The position numbers and the translations under genes were made by a program. From Octopus vulgaris (Eukaryota), in NCBI GenBank assembly GCA_951406725.2, contig OX597835.1, positions 18,600,001 through 18,664,000 of the forward strand: a stretch of 64,000 nucleotides of DNA, in the 5' to 3' direction. Positions 1 through 12,586 of the stretch are shown here, piece after piece (position 1 is the first letter of the stretch; every line of letters begins with the position of its first letter). Below the pieces are notes generated by a model, which saw nothing but the letters and a program-made list of their open reading frames with translations, did not search any database and was not told where the DNA came from.

Positions 1-145
1 TTAGTGGAACAAATCAATCAGGACTTATACTTTGTAAGCCTAGTACTTATTCTATCGGTCTATTGTGCCGAATCGCTAAGTTACGGGTTCATAAACACGT
101 CAACATCTATTGTCAAGCAACGGTGGGCGGACAAACACAAACACA
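1..145 (-). mobile_element. SINE family B (CORE-like, tRNA-derived), partial 3' half
   Basis: Diverged match to the reverse complement of the family B 3' half (GGACTTAT..TTTGTAAGCCTAGTACTTATTCTATCGG) seen in full copies such as 45341-45745. Confidence 0.8.
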
Positions 146-629
146 TATGGTTTGAATGTACACTGTATTCTTCTCTGAATAATGCATAGACTATTGACTA
201 AATTTTTCCTTCTCGCTAGACCACTGGTAACAAAGAAATTTTCTATAAATATTTTTGATACATTAAATTTTTTTAATTGATGATAAAATAATTTTGGTAA
301 AAGAGAAAAAAGTTAAACAGTGCAAAATTCATAGAATTTTTTCCTAATAAATTGTCTGTTATTCATATTTGAGGAGAAAATAATTTGGGCGTTATACCTG
401 CTGAACCATGAAGGGATGTGACGATTGGCATCATCAAAGCTTGCTGTAAAATATCATGGGAGTCAGAATGTAGGATGGTATTAGTGGCAGCTCGAAACCG
501 TTTCATAGAAAGACATATCAGATTTTGGACCAATCACACCGATGAAAGTTTCTGACATGCGCTTTAAAACTCCTCCCCAGCTGACTAGTGTTTTTATCGT
601 ACGACGAGACAGCTCAGATTAGTTAAGGT

Positions 630-935
630 CAGTTGTTTCCCAAACATTTTTGGGCTGCCGTTCCCTTCATATGCCCAGGCCACATTCCTCGCGCCCACAT
701 CCCAACAAACCATCAAAGACGTTGACCACTTTCTGAAGCATATTTAAAGCAACTGTATTTCACAAATAAAACCTAACCTATTGAACCCATTTTCACATGA
801 ATCACTACTCCATTATCACCCCCACATTTTTACACGAATCGCTACCCCATTATCGTCTCACTTTTCTTCAACGGCCCCTTGGAATTCTCCCCCACCTCCG
901 CAAAGGGGGCAGTACCACCTACTTTGGGTCCAACA
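630..935. mobile_element. Degenerate hAT/Charlie-like MITE remnant
   Basis: Left end CAGTTGTTTCCCAAACATTTTT resembles hAT-Charlie CAGTGGTTCCCAAAC termini. The right end near 920-935 (CTACTTTGGG..) is only partly complementary. No TSD seen. Confidence 0.35.
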
Positions 936-1866
936 ACAATGAAATCAAAACTTTGTTATTCCGCTAAAAGTTATATCATTCTGTGTTAAACGCGTGCTGG
1001 GATAAGACAGAATCAATTTTAGACGCGAATATATTTGTATAAATACATTTTCAGAGGCAATCTTGGAACGAAACCGCAACACGTATTTATCCATACACGC
1101 AGAGAACTTAATTTATATTTTGTACTTTTCTTTTTATTAAAATCTTGTATACTATAAATGGTTTTCTCTGATGCTAATTTTCCTTTGCTTCACTGGCAAC
1201 CGCATCTGTATATTTGTAATAGACTACTTTACAAACTATAGCTGGGAAATATATCTTTTCAGGGGATACAAATAAATATTTTGTTTACTTAGCCGTTTAT
1301 ATAAATAATTTTTATATCTTCTATAAACCTTCTCTGTTCTTCGGTGATTTCACTTGGCAATCTAATGGCAAATACATTCTGTAAAATTCCGGAATGTTAT
1401 TATATGAATAACATATCCAACTGCTCCGATTTTTAACACCAAATTACATCTACATTTATATCTTCCACCAATTCACTATTCATTCTTTTGCAGTTACTGC
1501 TTACATTACTTGTCTTCCATGTGGCTGCACGATGATGCCCCTTGCATGAGGTCTTTTAAAGAAACATCAGCTTTCAAGGAATATTTGCTTGGAAGACTAG
1601 AGCATTTCTCCTCTCAATAATTTTACAGCAACCTACTGAGAGATATAAGATTCTCAATGAGATGCTCTGTCAGTTTGAAACTACTTGCTTCTGTTAACAA
1701 CGGGTTTACTTCTATGGTAACAATATTCAAATGATGCTGAAATATATACATTTCATAAAATGATATAGGCGATACAATGATATCAATCTATACAACTAGA
1801 TAAGACGCGTGTAGTACGCTTATAATTCATAGAAACCCAATACACAGAGATAGAATCACACACACA

Positions 1867-1930
<64 letters not shown>

Positions 1931-2006
1931 CACACAGAGATAGTTAAAAATACACACAAACACACAGACACACACACACACATATATATGTCTGTGTGTA
2001 TATATA

Positions 2007-2067
<61 letters not shown>

Positions 2068-2356
2068 CGTGTGTGTGTGCGTGTGTATAGTCACATGCAT
2101 AGAATTATAACTTATCGGTGGAGGAATGAAAAACCTCATCAAATAAGACGCCAATAAACCTCAGCAAACACTGAAGAGAACTTTTCGAAGTAACACGAGG
2201 CGCAGCTTTGATTTTAATTGGCGGGGAACAACATGTGACAATGTGTGCGTTTGTGCTTGTGTGACTGTGTGTGCGTATGTGTGTATATACTTATATATAT
2301 ATATGTATATATATATATACATAGATTTATATATATGTATATATATATATATATAC

Positions 2357-2587
2357 TTATTTCTTTATTACCCACTAGGGGCTAAGCACAAAGGGGACAA
2401 ACAAGGACAGACATGGGTATTAAGTCGATTACATCGACCCCAGTGCGTAACTGGTTACTTAATTTATCGACCCCGAAAGGATGAAAGGCAAAGTCGACCT
2501 CGACGGAAATTGAACTCACAACGTAATGGCAGATGAAATACCGCTAGGCATTTGGACCGGCGTGTTAACGTTTCTGCCAGGTCACCG
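2357..2587 (-). mobile_element. SINE family A (tRNA head + Meta-like central domain)
   Basis: Reverse complement of the unit at 5225-5457, including the GTCGACTTTGCCTTTCATCCTTTCGGGGTCGATAAATTAAG core. Confidence 0.9.
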
Positions 2588-2596
2588 TTTTGTGTA

Positions 2597-2689
<93 letters not shown>

Positions 2690-2713
2690 TATATATGTAC
2701 ATGAAACACATGT

Positions 2714-3072
2714 GAGGGTGCAATGGCTAATTGGTTAGGGCAGTGGTACTCGTGGTCGTAGGATCGACGTTTCGATTCTCAATCCGGGTGTTGTGAGTGT
2801 TTATTGAACGAAAACACCTAAAGGTTCACGACGGTCCGGCAGGGGGGTGGTATTGAATCATGCTGTAGTCTTTCACTGCAACTTTCTCTCAATCTTTGTT
2901 CCTATTTCTCTTGTACCTGTATTTCGAAGGGCCGGCCTTTTCACACGGTGTGTCACGCTGGATCTCCTCGAGAACTACGTTAAAGGTACACGTTTCTGTG
3001 GAGAGAGTGCTCAGACGCACGTTAATTTCACGAGCAGGCTGTTCCGTTGATCGGATCACCTGGAACCCTCGT
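2714..3072 (+). mobile_element. SINE family C (tRNA-like head), diverged
   Basis: A-box-like TGGCTAATTGGTTAG and B-box-like TTTCGATTC. Body matches 56072-56428. Confidence 0.85.
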
Positions 3073-3223
3073 AGGCATGAAACAGTGTGGGGCTGTGGCA
3101 AGAAGGTTGCTTCCAAACCACATGGTTCCGGGTACAGTCCCACTGCGTGGCACCTTGGGCAAGTGTCTTTTACTATATTCTCGGGACGATCCAAGCCTTG
3201 TGAGGGAAACTGAAAGAAGCCCG

Positions 3224-3230
<7 letters not shown>
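3073..3230 (+). mobile_element. SINE family B, 5' half
   Basis: CCACATGGTTCCGGGTACAGTCCCACTGCGTGGCACCTTGGGCAAGTGTC, ending in the internal (TA)n. Confidence 0.85.
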
Positions 3231-3283
<53 letters not shown>

Positions 3284-3619
3284 TTGTGTGTATAATCTAT
3301 GCATTCCTTGTAAAATAACTGCGATATTTTGACTCAGACCCAATAATTCTCCTTAGTCTTCCATTTGTGACTTATCATATTTGACTAATTGTTTAAGGAT
3401 TGGACCAAATTGCAATCATTTTATCTCAAAATGTACCTTACGAGTGGACCATCACTCCTAAAAACTGCGCACTCAGTTTGGTTCAATTAGTGATGAAGCC
3501 TAAAAATTCACAACAGGAATAACCGAAATTTGACCTGAAGAAAATATCCACTCATTGCTGTAACACATACATATATATCTATGAATAGATACGATATGTA
3601 TACACATATACATTTATGA

Positions 3620-3685
<66 letters not shown>

Positions 3686-3941
3686 TCGTGTAACATCGTC
3701 CGTTTTTCCGTCCTTGTTTTGTACACATTCGAGGCTTTCTTCCAAGGAATCTAATGCGCTTGGCTTAGATTTTCCTTTGGAGCTGGCCAGATCGGAGCAA
3801 TCTCAAGATTAATCAGCCGAAATTGCGAAGATGATCCGGTTCTTGACTGAAGATTGAAGGCTTCCAATTGTCCCGTCCGTGTTTTTTGTATCGTCTTCTA
3901 AATGTTTCACGTTCTTCTCCCAGTTTGTATCGTTTTACATT

Positions 3942-4001
<60 letters not shown>

Positions 4002-5224
4002 AGGAATATATGTGTGTCTGTGCGTCTGTATGTGTGCTTGTGTGTGTATAGGCATAGGGAGTGGATGTGGACAGAGCGAGAACCACACATAAGTAACTAT
4101 ACCTTCTTTTTCTTTTCTCCAAATCTTCTTTCAATTTTTTTTATCTTTCCAATGACAGAAGCAGTTTTGAGTTGCGGCATGACATATGATCCTGGCAATA
4201 TAGAGAAGAAAATATTGAGGATAGGTAGAAGAATTTGAATAATGGTGAAATGATGGGGGGGATGTGAATAAAATTGACGAGGAGGTGTTGGAGGACGAAA
4301 TATTAAAAAAAACAATGCTCTAGAAAATACGAAAATGTAAAAAATGTAGACAGGATGTAGACGACAGCAGGCAGAGTATGACAGACAAATGATGAAAATT
4401 ATATGAAAATTATATGAGCTTAATAATGTAATAAAGTTAAAGAAATGGACGTTTTGACAAATAGATTTTTGTCGAATAACGATAACGAAAAAAGTTTGTT
4501 CACGTGCGCGTGAGTGCGTATCAATTAATGGGAGATGGAAGGGAGGGACAGAGAGAAAGAGAGAGAAACAGAACCAGATATAGAGTGATAGGGAGAGAGA
4601 TGAATGGAGAGACAGACGGAGAGACAAAGTGAGTGATTGAGTTGAGGGGCAGAGTGAGTGAAAGAGAGAGTGGTGTTTAGTGAATAACATTGAGGTAATT
4701 AGTAAATAACAAAGATGTATCAAACGTGATGACAGGACGGAGATACCAATCAGATTCAAATATTCCATTACTGTCTTAATACACCTTTCGACCATTTACT
4801 TCAGACAGGTAAGTAATATATGGTCATTAAAATGTCAATTCTCAGGTCTTCTGATCCAGTTTCCAATATTCCAAGACAACGTTTTGGCAGAAAAATGAAT
4901 CGTCATATTCGTTGTCGTTGTTACCATTAACTAGACAAATCGTTGTCTTGTCTCAAGAATCGACAAAATATAAATCTAACAAAAATTAATAAATATGCAA
5001 ATAAATAAATATATCGACGACCTGATGAACTTTCAAAGAAAAAAAAAAATTCAGCAACAAAAAATATAATTTCCGAAATACATTTACAATTTTGAGGTTT
5101 GAAAGTTTTTCACTATTTTAAATGCTGAGCTAATAAAATACGCCGAAAATATTCATATCAAATTCATTTCTCACTGCTCGGTGCTACATCATTGGTTGTA
5201 AGTCTATACAAAGTCTATACAAAA

Positions 5225-5457
5225 GGCGGCGAGCTGGCAGAAACGTTAGCACGTCGGGCGAAATGCTTAGCGGTATTTCGTCTGCCGTTACGTTGTGAGT
5301 TCGACTTTACCGCCGAGGTCGACTTTACCTTTCATTCTTTCGGGGTCGATAAATTAAGTACCAGTAACGCACTGGGGTCGATGTAATCGACTTAATACCT
5401 ATGTCTGTCCTAGTTTGTCCCTTCTATGTTTACCCCCTTGTGGGTAATAAAGAAATG
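5225..5457 (+). mobile_element. SINE family A, full monomer with 20-bp TSD
   Basis: GGCGGCGAGCTGGCAGAAACG head and GAGTTCGA B box. Direct repeat GGTTGTAAGTCTATACAAAG at 5194-5213 and 5458-5477. Confidence 0.93.
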
Positions 5458-5515
5458 GGTTGTAAGTCTATACAAAGGAACACAGGATTGCATACGTATA
5501 TAAATACATGGATTT

Positions 5516-5898
5516 GGAAGCACTCCGTCAGTTACGACGACGAGGGTTCCGGTTGATCCGAATCAACGGAACAGCCTGCTCGTGAAATTAACGTGTAAGT
5601 GGCTGAGCACTCCACAGACACGTGTACCCTTAACGTAGTTCTCGGGAATATTCAGCGTGACACAGAGAGTGACAAGGCCGGCCCTTTGAAATACAGGTAC
5701 AACAGAAACAGGAAGTAAGAGTGAGAGAAAGTTGTGGTGAAAGAGTACAGCAGAGATCACCACCATCCCCTGCCGGAGCCTCGTGAAGCTTTTAGGTGTT
5801 TTCGCTCAATAAACACTCACAACGCCCGGTCTGGGAATCGAAACCGCGATCCTATGACCGCGAGTCCGCTGCCTTAACCACTGGGCCATTGCGCCTCC
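5516..5898 (-). mobile_element. SINE family C, full length with 11-bp TSD
   Basis: Minus strand reads GGAGGCGCAATGGCCCAGTGGTTAAGG..GGTTTCGATTCCC. TATAAATACAT flanks it at 5499-5509 and 5901-5911. Confidence 0.93.
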
Positions 5899-6129
5899 AC
5901 TATAAATACATACACACGCACACATACAAGAAGAGCTTGCATTTGTGGATAAGAAGCTCGCTTTCCAGCCTTGTGGTTTTGTCTTCTGTTTCACTGCGAT
6001 GCGGAATGGACAAGTGTTTCCTATAGACGTAAAACGTTGTGAGGGAATCTGAGGAGGCACAAAATTACATAAAATTACAAACAGATGCAGAGTAGTCTAA
6101 CTATAGCGAGGTATAAAAATACATTGACT

Positions 6130-6548
6130 GGCGGCGAGCTGGCAGAAACGTTAGCACGCCGGGCGAAACGCTTAGCAGTATTTCATCTGCCGCTACGTTC
6201 TGAGTTCAAATTCCCCCGAGGTCGACTTTGCCTTTCATCCTTTCGGGGTCGATTAAATAAGCACCAGTTACGCACTGGGATCGATATAATCGACTTAATC
6301 CGTTTGTCCGTCCTTGTTTGTCTCCTCTGTGTGTAGCCCCTTGTGGTTAGTAAAGAAATAGGTGTTTTGTCTGCCGCTACGTTCTGAGTTCAAATTCCGC
6401 CGAGGTCGACTTTGCCTTTCATCCTTTCGGGGTCGATTAAATAAGTACCAGTTACGCACTGGGATCGATATAATCGAATCAATCCGCTTGTCCGTCCTTG
6501 TTTGTCTCCTCTGTGTTTAGTCCCTTGTGGGTAGTAAAGAAATAGGTA
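6130..6548 (+). mobile_element. SINE family A, tandem dimer
   Basis: Full unit at 6130-6360, then a second unit that restarts inside the tRNA head (GGTGTTTTGTCTGCCGCTACGTTCTGAGTTCAAATTCC). Confidence 0.9.
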
Positions 6549-7452
6549 TAAAAATATGTTGACTGCAAAGTCAGAAGCATGAAGATGATGTCCACAGTTG
6601 CAAAGATGCTTCACCCTCCATAATCTGTGGGCGTCCCTGTACATACAAGCACACACGCACACACATATTTGCAGTGTGGAAGATGTTAGTAAGTTATTCA
6701 AAAGCACACAAAACACGTTAGTTTTGCTTCAATATTGTTGAGGATCAAGAAAAGAGAGGTGAAATAAACATGGTTGAGTTGCTGACATTAAGCGCAATGA
6801 AAGGTTGTTATAAATATTAAACTGGGGTCAGTTTACTATATCAACAAGAAAAAAATACATTGTCGCACCCATGCATAAGCACATTCTTAGAATATAATAA
6901 AAAAGACAATTAAAATGATCACGGATAAGAAAAGATCGAAAGAAGTTGCCTTGTGCCTCGAGTAGAAGAGACAGTAGTATGCGAGTATACATTTGAACAC
7001 ATACACATATATAAGTATGTACGCGTGTATGCATGAATATATATTCGTATGGACGTCAAGGTGTATGGAAAAGTAGCTAGGTTATTGCGCTTAAGATTGC
7101 GGTGTGGTACATGTCCTTAAGCAAAACAATTTTTCTCACATTTCTCTACCATTACGAGTGGTAGACCATGCAACACATAAGGCAATATTAATTGCCTTAT
7201 GTAGGAAGTGAGTTAAACTACAGTACATACATTTCATTCCAATAAACATATCATTTAAAGGTTGTTCAGAAACGTCCTTCTAGGACTGTAGGAGACAACC
7301 ATCATAAATGTACCTATGTCTGCAAGCATAAAAAGCTTGGCCAGATGAGGAATTGTATCTAATAAGAAAATTCATAAGGTTTGATGAATTGGTGTGAAAA
7401 GAAAGAAGAAAAGAAAAATTGCTTGGACGATAGAATGTTAGACACACATATT

Positions 7453-7755
7453 TTGTTTGTTCCTTCTTGAGCCAAGCTTGGCTCATAAGGGCCGGTTTCC
7501 CGGTTTCTTGGCGTATAGGTTCCCCACCTGGACGGGTCGCCCCGGTCCGTCACAGGTGAGCTGCAAGATGCAGGAGAAAAGAGTGAGAGAAACTTGTGGC
7601 GAAAGAGTCAGCAGAAGTTCGCTATTACCTTCTGCCGGAGCCGCGTGGAGCTTAGGTGTTTCGCTCATAAACAAACACCTCACCCGGTCTGAGATTCGAA
7701 CCCGCGATCCCTCGACCGCGAGTCCGCTGCTCTGACCACTAGGCCATGTGCCTCC
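7453..7755 (-). mobile_element. SINE family E (family C-like head, different 3' tail) with 11-bp TSD
   Basis: Minus strand GGAGGCACATGGCCTAGTGG..GGTTCGAATCTC head. Tail CCTGTGACGGACC..TATGAGCCAAGCTTGGCTCAAGAAGGAAC. ACACACATATT at 7442-7452 and 7756-7766. Confidence 0.9.
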
Positions 7756-8163
7756 ACACACATATTCGGAAACCCTAGTTACTGAGAAGGGGTAGATTCA
7801 CCACATAGATTCCAGCTATTAACACGATTTTAAATTCAACTAACTTCACATTGAATATTCTATCGCCTCATTCTTGCTAATTAGAATGTTCGTAGAATAC
7901 TGTATGTTAATGTTTATGAAATAAAATACTAAAATAATAAACAAAAATAACAACAAGAATATGCAATATAGATACGTCAATGATATTTGGAAAACAAAGG
8001 AATAATGAATTAATAAATATACTTAATTTAATTACTTCCAAATGCGACAAAATCTATATTTTGTAAATTGTATGTAGACATGAAATATGTATGAAGACAA
8101 TCAGTCACGAACATATATGTGTGTGTATGTTTGTGTGAATTTGTGTATTTAAATAGATGCATA

Positions 8164-8222
<59 letters not shown>

Positions 8223-8223
<1 letters not shown>

Positions 8224-8296
8224 GTCAGTCAGCTTAGTTGGTCATAGTGCCATGCTTATACTGCGAATGGCGTGGGTTCGTGCCCCATACTAGCCA
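8223..8296 (+). pseudogene. tRNA-Ile-like pseudogene embedded in (TA)n
   Basis: 74 nt collinear with a tRNA-Ile scaffold. Acceptor GGTCAGT/ACTAGCC, D loop AGTTGGTCA, T arm GTGGG-TTCGTGC-CCCAT, loop CTTATAC. The anticodon and D stems are broken. Confidence 0.7.
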
Positions 8297-8357
8297 GTTA
8301 TATATATATATACATATATATATATAATATAAAATATTAGGAATATATATATATACA

Positions 8358-8410
<53 letters not shown>

Positions 8411-8517
8411 CCAATATATATATAAATATATATCATATATTATATAATATATATATATACATATATAGTTATGTTACATACATATATGTATATATATATA
8501 TATATATATATACATAC

Positions 8518-8635
<118 letters not shown>

Positions 8636-8977
8636 GTATGTATATCTGTCCAGATTTTGGGACCAACTTCGGCCCTCCGCAAATTCTGAATTTTATCTTT
8701 GTTTTTGCGGGAGCAAATACTATCAAAGCATCATACTGTCGTTCAATACTCGAAATGAGAAGTAGAAAGACAGCCGACAAGAGTTGTTACTTGTCCTGTT
8801 TTCCGCTTGTTTCTCTTGTTCTTTGTGTACTCAACACACTTGTTTTCGTATTTCATGTTCTTTATGGATTGTGATGTCCTGTACCCATATATATAAGTTA
8901 GGTACAATAAATTGAGGGTGAATACTGGATAAATGTAAGCACCTGTATATGCCAGCTAGTGGCATAGGTGATAGGGT

Positions 8978-9348
8978 ATATGTATCAAATGAAGTAAATG
9001 AATACCAGGACGCAAATAATTTCTCGGTAAATATGTTTCGGGCTTTATTGAACAACTTATTCTTATATCAATGCATAATTGATATAACAGATAGATCGAA
9101 AGCCTTCTTCAGCCGCGTACAATTGCCACACCAAAGAATTGTATTAAATTATAACAGGTTTGAGAAAAAGTTTGAGAAAAAACCGAGTTTCATTGGGAAA
9201 GTAAATCCTCATAGGCGTACATGGTATTGCGAGACTCCAAAACAAATGGTCCATACCGTTTTTTCACTCGATATAGAATAGCCAGTATTCATTCTATATC
9301 GAGTGAAAAATCCTTTGCGTCCTGTTTTTCATTTACTTCATTTGATAC
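8978..9348. mobile_element. Fold-back element: ~37-bp outer inverted repeats, inner 20-bp perfect hairpin, contains a hammerhead motif
   Basis: TGTATCAAATGAAGTAAATGAATACCAGGACGCAAA is inverted to TTTGCGTCCTGTTTTTCATTTACTTCATTTGATACA. Inner hairpin arms at 9260-9279 and 9291-9310. Confidence 0.75.
9023..9117 (-). ncRNA. Type-I hammerhead ribozyme motif with extended stem II (probably decayed)
   Basis: Minus strand reads CGCGG-CUGAAGA-A-GGCUUU-[insert with hairpin UUAUAUCAAU/AUUGAUAUAA]-AAAGCC-C-GAAAC-AUAU-UUA-CCGAG. Confidence 0.65.
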
Positions 9349-9353
9349 ACACA

Positions 9354-9425
<72 letters not shown>

Positions 9426-9521
9426 AATTAATTAAGGGTAGAAATTGATATTAGTCAATTAAAACCAGTGGTCTAGCATATTAAGAAGAATCCGAAGATT
9501 AAAATATTTATATATACCAAT

Positions 9522-9806
9522 TAAGGACTGAACACGAAAAGTGGACAGTCAACATGCTAGATATAGACGTCAAATCGCCATTCTCCACAAAGATTATGTT
9601 CTCAAATAAAATAAAATTCAGCACAAACCAAAATTTTGCAATAAATAAGACAAATGAAAATATACGAAATGAAATAATCACCTGTGATTATTTTATTTTG
9701 TGCTGAATTTTATTTTATTTGAGAACATAATCTTTTATGGAGAATGGCGATTTTGCTACGCATCTATATGCGTTCGCATGTTGACTGTCCACTTTTCGTG
9801 TTCAGT

Positions 9807-9811
<5 letters not shown>
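9522..9811. mobile_element. MITE-like fold-back with ~105-bp inverted arms next to (TA)n
   Basis: TAAGGACTGAACACGAAAAGTGGACAGTCAACATG..TTCAGCACAAA and its reverse complement at 9696-9811. Confidence 0.8.
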
Positions 9812-9864
<53 letters not shown>

Positions 9865-9890
9865 GTATGTATATACTTTCTTGACCTCAA

Positions 9891-9928
9891 TTGCCCGACG
9901 AATGGGTACGTGAAAACTTTGAGTAACA
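9891..9928 (+). ncRNA. Minimal hammerhead-like motif, CCGACGA core variant (degenerate)
   Basis: UUGC-CCGACGA-AUG-GGUA-CGU-GAAA-ACUU-U-GAGUA-ACA, followed by a ~95-nt tail and (TA)n. Confidence 0.45.
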
Positions 9929-10024
9929 TTTTTGTGACATTTCTTTGATGCTTCGCGATGCATATTACTCCAACTCCGGTATTCGAGTACTATTTCTCTT
10001 GTTTCACATTTATGCGCTCACACG

Positions 10025-10107
<83 letters not shown>

Positions 10108-10840
10108 GGTGAACGCTAGTGACATACGCCTCGGGCTGTTAGCAAGTGCACTTGTACTTCTTCTGCATCCTTTTTAATAACCAGTTACGAATTTTTAACC
10201 GATTTTGGAATATTTGTATTCTGCAAACCACAAGAGCAAAACAGATTGTAGATTAACATAGAATATGTCATTAGATGAAGAATTTAACAAATAGCCTGAA
10301 GATAATTCTTGGAATGTAAGAAAACCCTTAATTCAACAATGCCGACAGTGCTCCAAGTCTTGAATTTTATAGTTTCTATGCTTGATTCCATTACAGGAGA
10401 GTTGGGATTAAAAGTACATATCGCAGCTACGTGACACAAAATGGCTGCTTTTGAATTTATCATGGCGCCATTACATTTCTTCCTACACTCTTTTCGTCAG
10501 TCGCTCTTATCCTTCCTCTACGTCCCTCCTTCTCTGTCTGTCTCTCTCGCATCATACACGTACACGCACATATATATTATCCTTTTTCTTCTTTCAGTTA
10601 TTTCACTACCTCCATGCTAGGGGAAGGCCTTAAATACTTTTTTACCCGGGGGATCACTCTTTAAAAGCATATTACTTATTCTATCTGACTTTCTTACCGA
10701 ACAGCTAATTACGGGGACGTAAACACAGCAAGAGGTGGTGTGGGACAAACACAGACAAGAAAACACACGTATAAATACATAAGACGACATACAAATCGCT
10801 AGTGCGGGCACAATTACCACACATAATGAAAACAGTTCGT

Positions 10841-11013
10841 CCCTAACGGGGGAACAGCTGGAGAACCAAAACCTGTCCAGGCGAACAATGTATCAAAAGG
10901 CACTAACATATTTTAAACACGATGTATTCCTAAGAGGAACAAAACGACGTGAAGCAATAAATAACGAACCGCAATTCAAAGGCGTGGCTTGCTGACTGAC
11001 ATGACATACATTA

Positions 11014-11092
<79 letters not shown>

Positions 11093-11294
11093 TTGCCAGA
11101 CGTGGGCTGGTTCACAACTAATAACTAGTGGAGTGACACAGTCAGTAGTGTCAGTAGGTAAGGCACGCCTTTGAATAGCGGTTTCTTATTTATTGTTTGA
11201 CGTCGGTTTATTGCAGTTCTTCCCCTTTTAAACCCCGCGTTTAAAATCTTAGTATCTTTTAATGCATTGTCTTCCTGTTATTCCCCCGTTAGGG
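10841..11294. mobile_element. MITE-like element with long imperfect TIRs and central (TA)n
   Basis: CCCTAACGGGGGAA and TTCCCCCGTTAGGG termini. Inner arms GACGTGAAGCAATAAATAACGAACCGCAATTCAAAGGCGTG versus CACGCCTTTGAATAGCGGTTTCTTATTTATTGTTTGACGTC. Confidence 0.7.
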
Positions 11295-11664
11295 GGTGCA
11301 TTGTTTGCATTTTGTGTGGGAATTGTGCACGCATAAAATGACTGGTGATTTGTATGACGTGATAGAGCTCCAGGAGAGCGCCGACTCAGAGAACGAAAGC
11401 GACTCGGGAGAAAGCGTGTAAAAATATGTTACTATTTCGTTGTTAGTATTCATCATGGATATTAAAATATTCCACAAAATGGTGCATTCTGTGTATTTTC
11501 AAAATAAATAACATCTGAATCTAGATGTTTTAATGTTTAGGCATAACAGGAAAAATTATAAAAAATAGGAAAAAGGAGGAAAGGAGGAAAAGGAGGAAAA
11601 AGAAGAAAAAAGGAGAGAAAAGAAAAAAGAAAAGGAAAAACAAGATGTGAAAAACGAGAAAGAA

Positions 11665-12210
11665 TGTTCTTTTCTACTCTAGGCACAAGGAACAGAATTT
11701 TTGAGGAGGGGACCAGTCGATTAGATCGACCTCATTATGAAACTGGTAATTAAATTATCGACCCCTAAAGGATGAAAACAAATCGACCTCAGCGGAATTT
11801 GAACTCAGAACGTAAAGACAGACAAAAAACCTATTGCTTCACATGGCACGAAATTTGGTGGGTGAGGGGGCCAGTTGATTAGATCTACTCCACTATGCAA
11901 CTAGTACTTAATTTATCGATCCACAAAGGATGAAAGGCAAAGACGACCTCGGTGGAATTTGAACTCAGAACATAAAGACAGACGAAATACCTATTTCTTT
12001 ACTACCCACAAGGCGATAAACACAGAGAGGACAAACAAGGACAGACAAACGGATTAAGTCGATTAAATCGACCCCAGTGCGTAACTGGTAATTATTTAAG
12101 GATGAAAGGCAAAGTCGACCTCGACGGAATTTGATCTCAGAACCTTGCGGCAGACGAAATACCGCTGAGAATTTCGCCCGGCCTGGTAAATTACTTTCTG
12201 CCAGTTCGCC
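11665..12210 (-). mobile_element. SINE family A, tandem trimer
   Basis: Three repeats of GGATGAAA..GACCTC..GGAATTTGA. The head is at ~12130-12210. Confidence 0.85.
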
Positions 12211-12498
12211 ACCAGTAAATGGTAAAGTATGAACGCATGGAATATATAATTTCAGAAAATTCAAAAAGTTAGGCGCAGGTGTAGCTTTGTGGGAAGAAGC
12301 CTACTTCGCCGTAACTTATTGGTCCCACAAAAAAGTGCCCTATACAATAAATACTGAGCTTGAAAATAAGGCAGGTGGTTGAATTACGCGACTAAAACCT
12401 CTTCAGGCGGTGCTCCAGCATTGCCGCCGTTAAATGACAGAAATAATTATCAGATAAAATAGTTATGTGTGTGTGTGTTTGCATGAGTGTGCGTATGT

Positions 12499-12586
<88 letters not shown>

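Noticed and set aside
2161-2200. CTGAAGA..TTCGAAG as a hammerhead
   Set aside because: There is no GAAA core and no stems I or III.
4097-4795. 232-aa minus-strand ORF
   Set aside because: It is the antisense of purine-rich low-complexity sequence and has no recognisable domain.
5820-5898. tRNA-like heads of SINE families C, D and E as tRNA genes
   Set aside because: They continue into SINE bodies bounded by TSDs and lack complete acceptor stems.
6130-6548. Repeated units that could be mistaken for a CRISPR array
   Set aside because: This is a eukaryotic SINE multimer with no unique spacers and no cas genes.
11160-11180. TAAGGCACGC resembling the 5' end of miR-124
   Set aside because: The match breaks after 10 nt, there is no local pre-miRNA hairpin, and it lies in a MITE arm.
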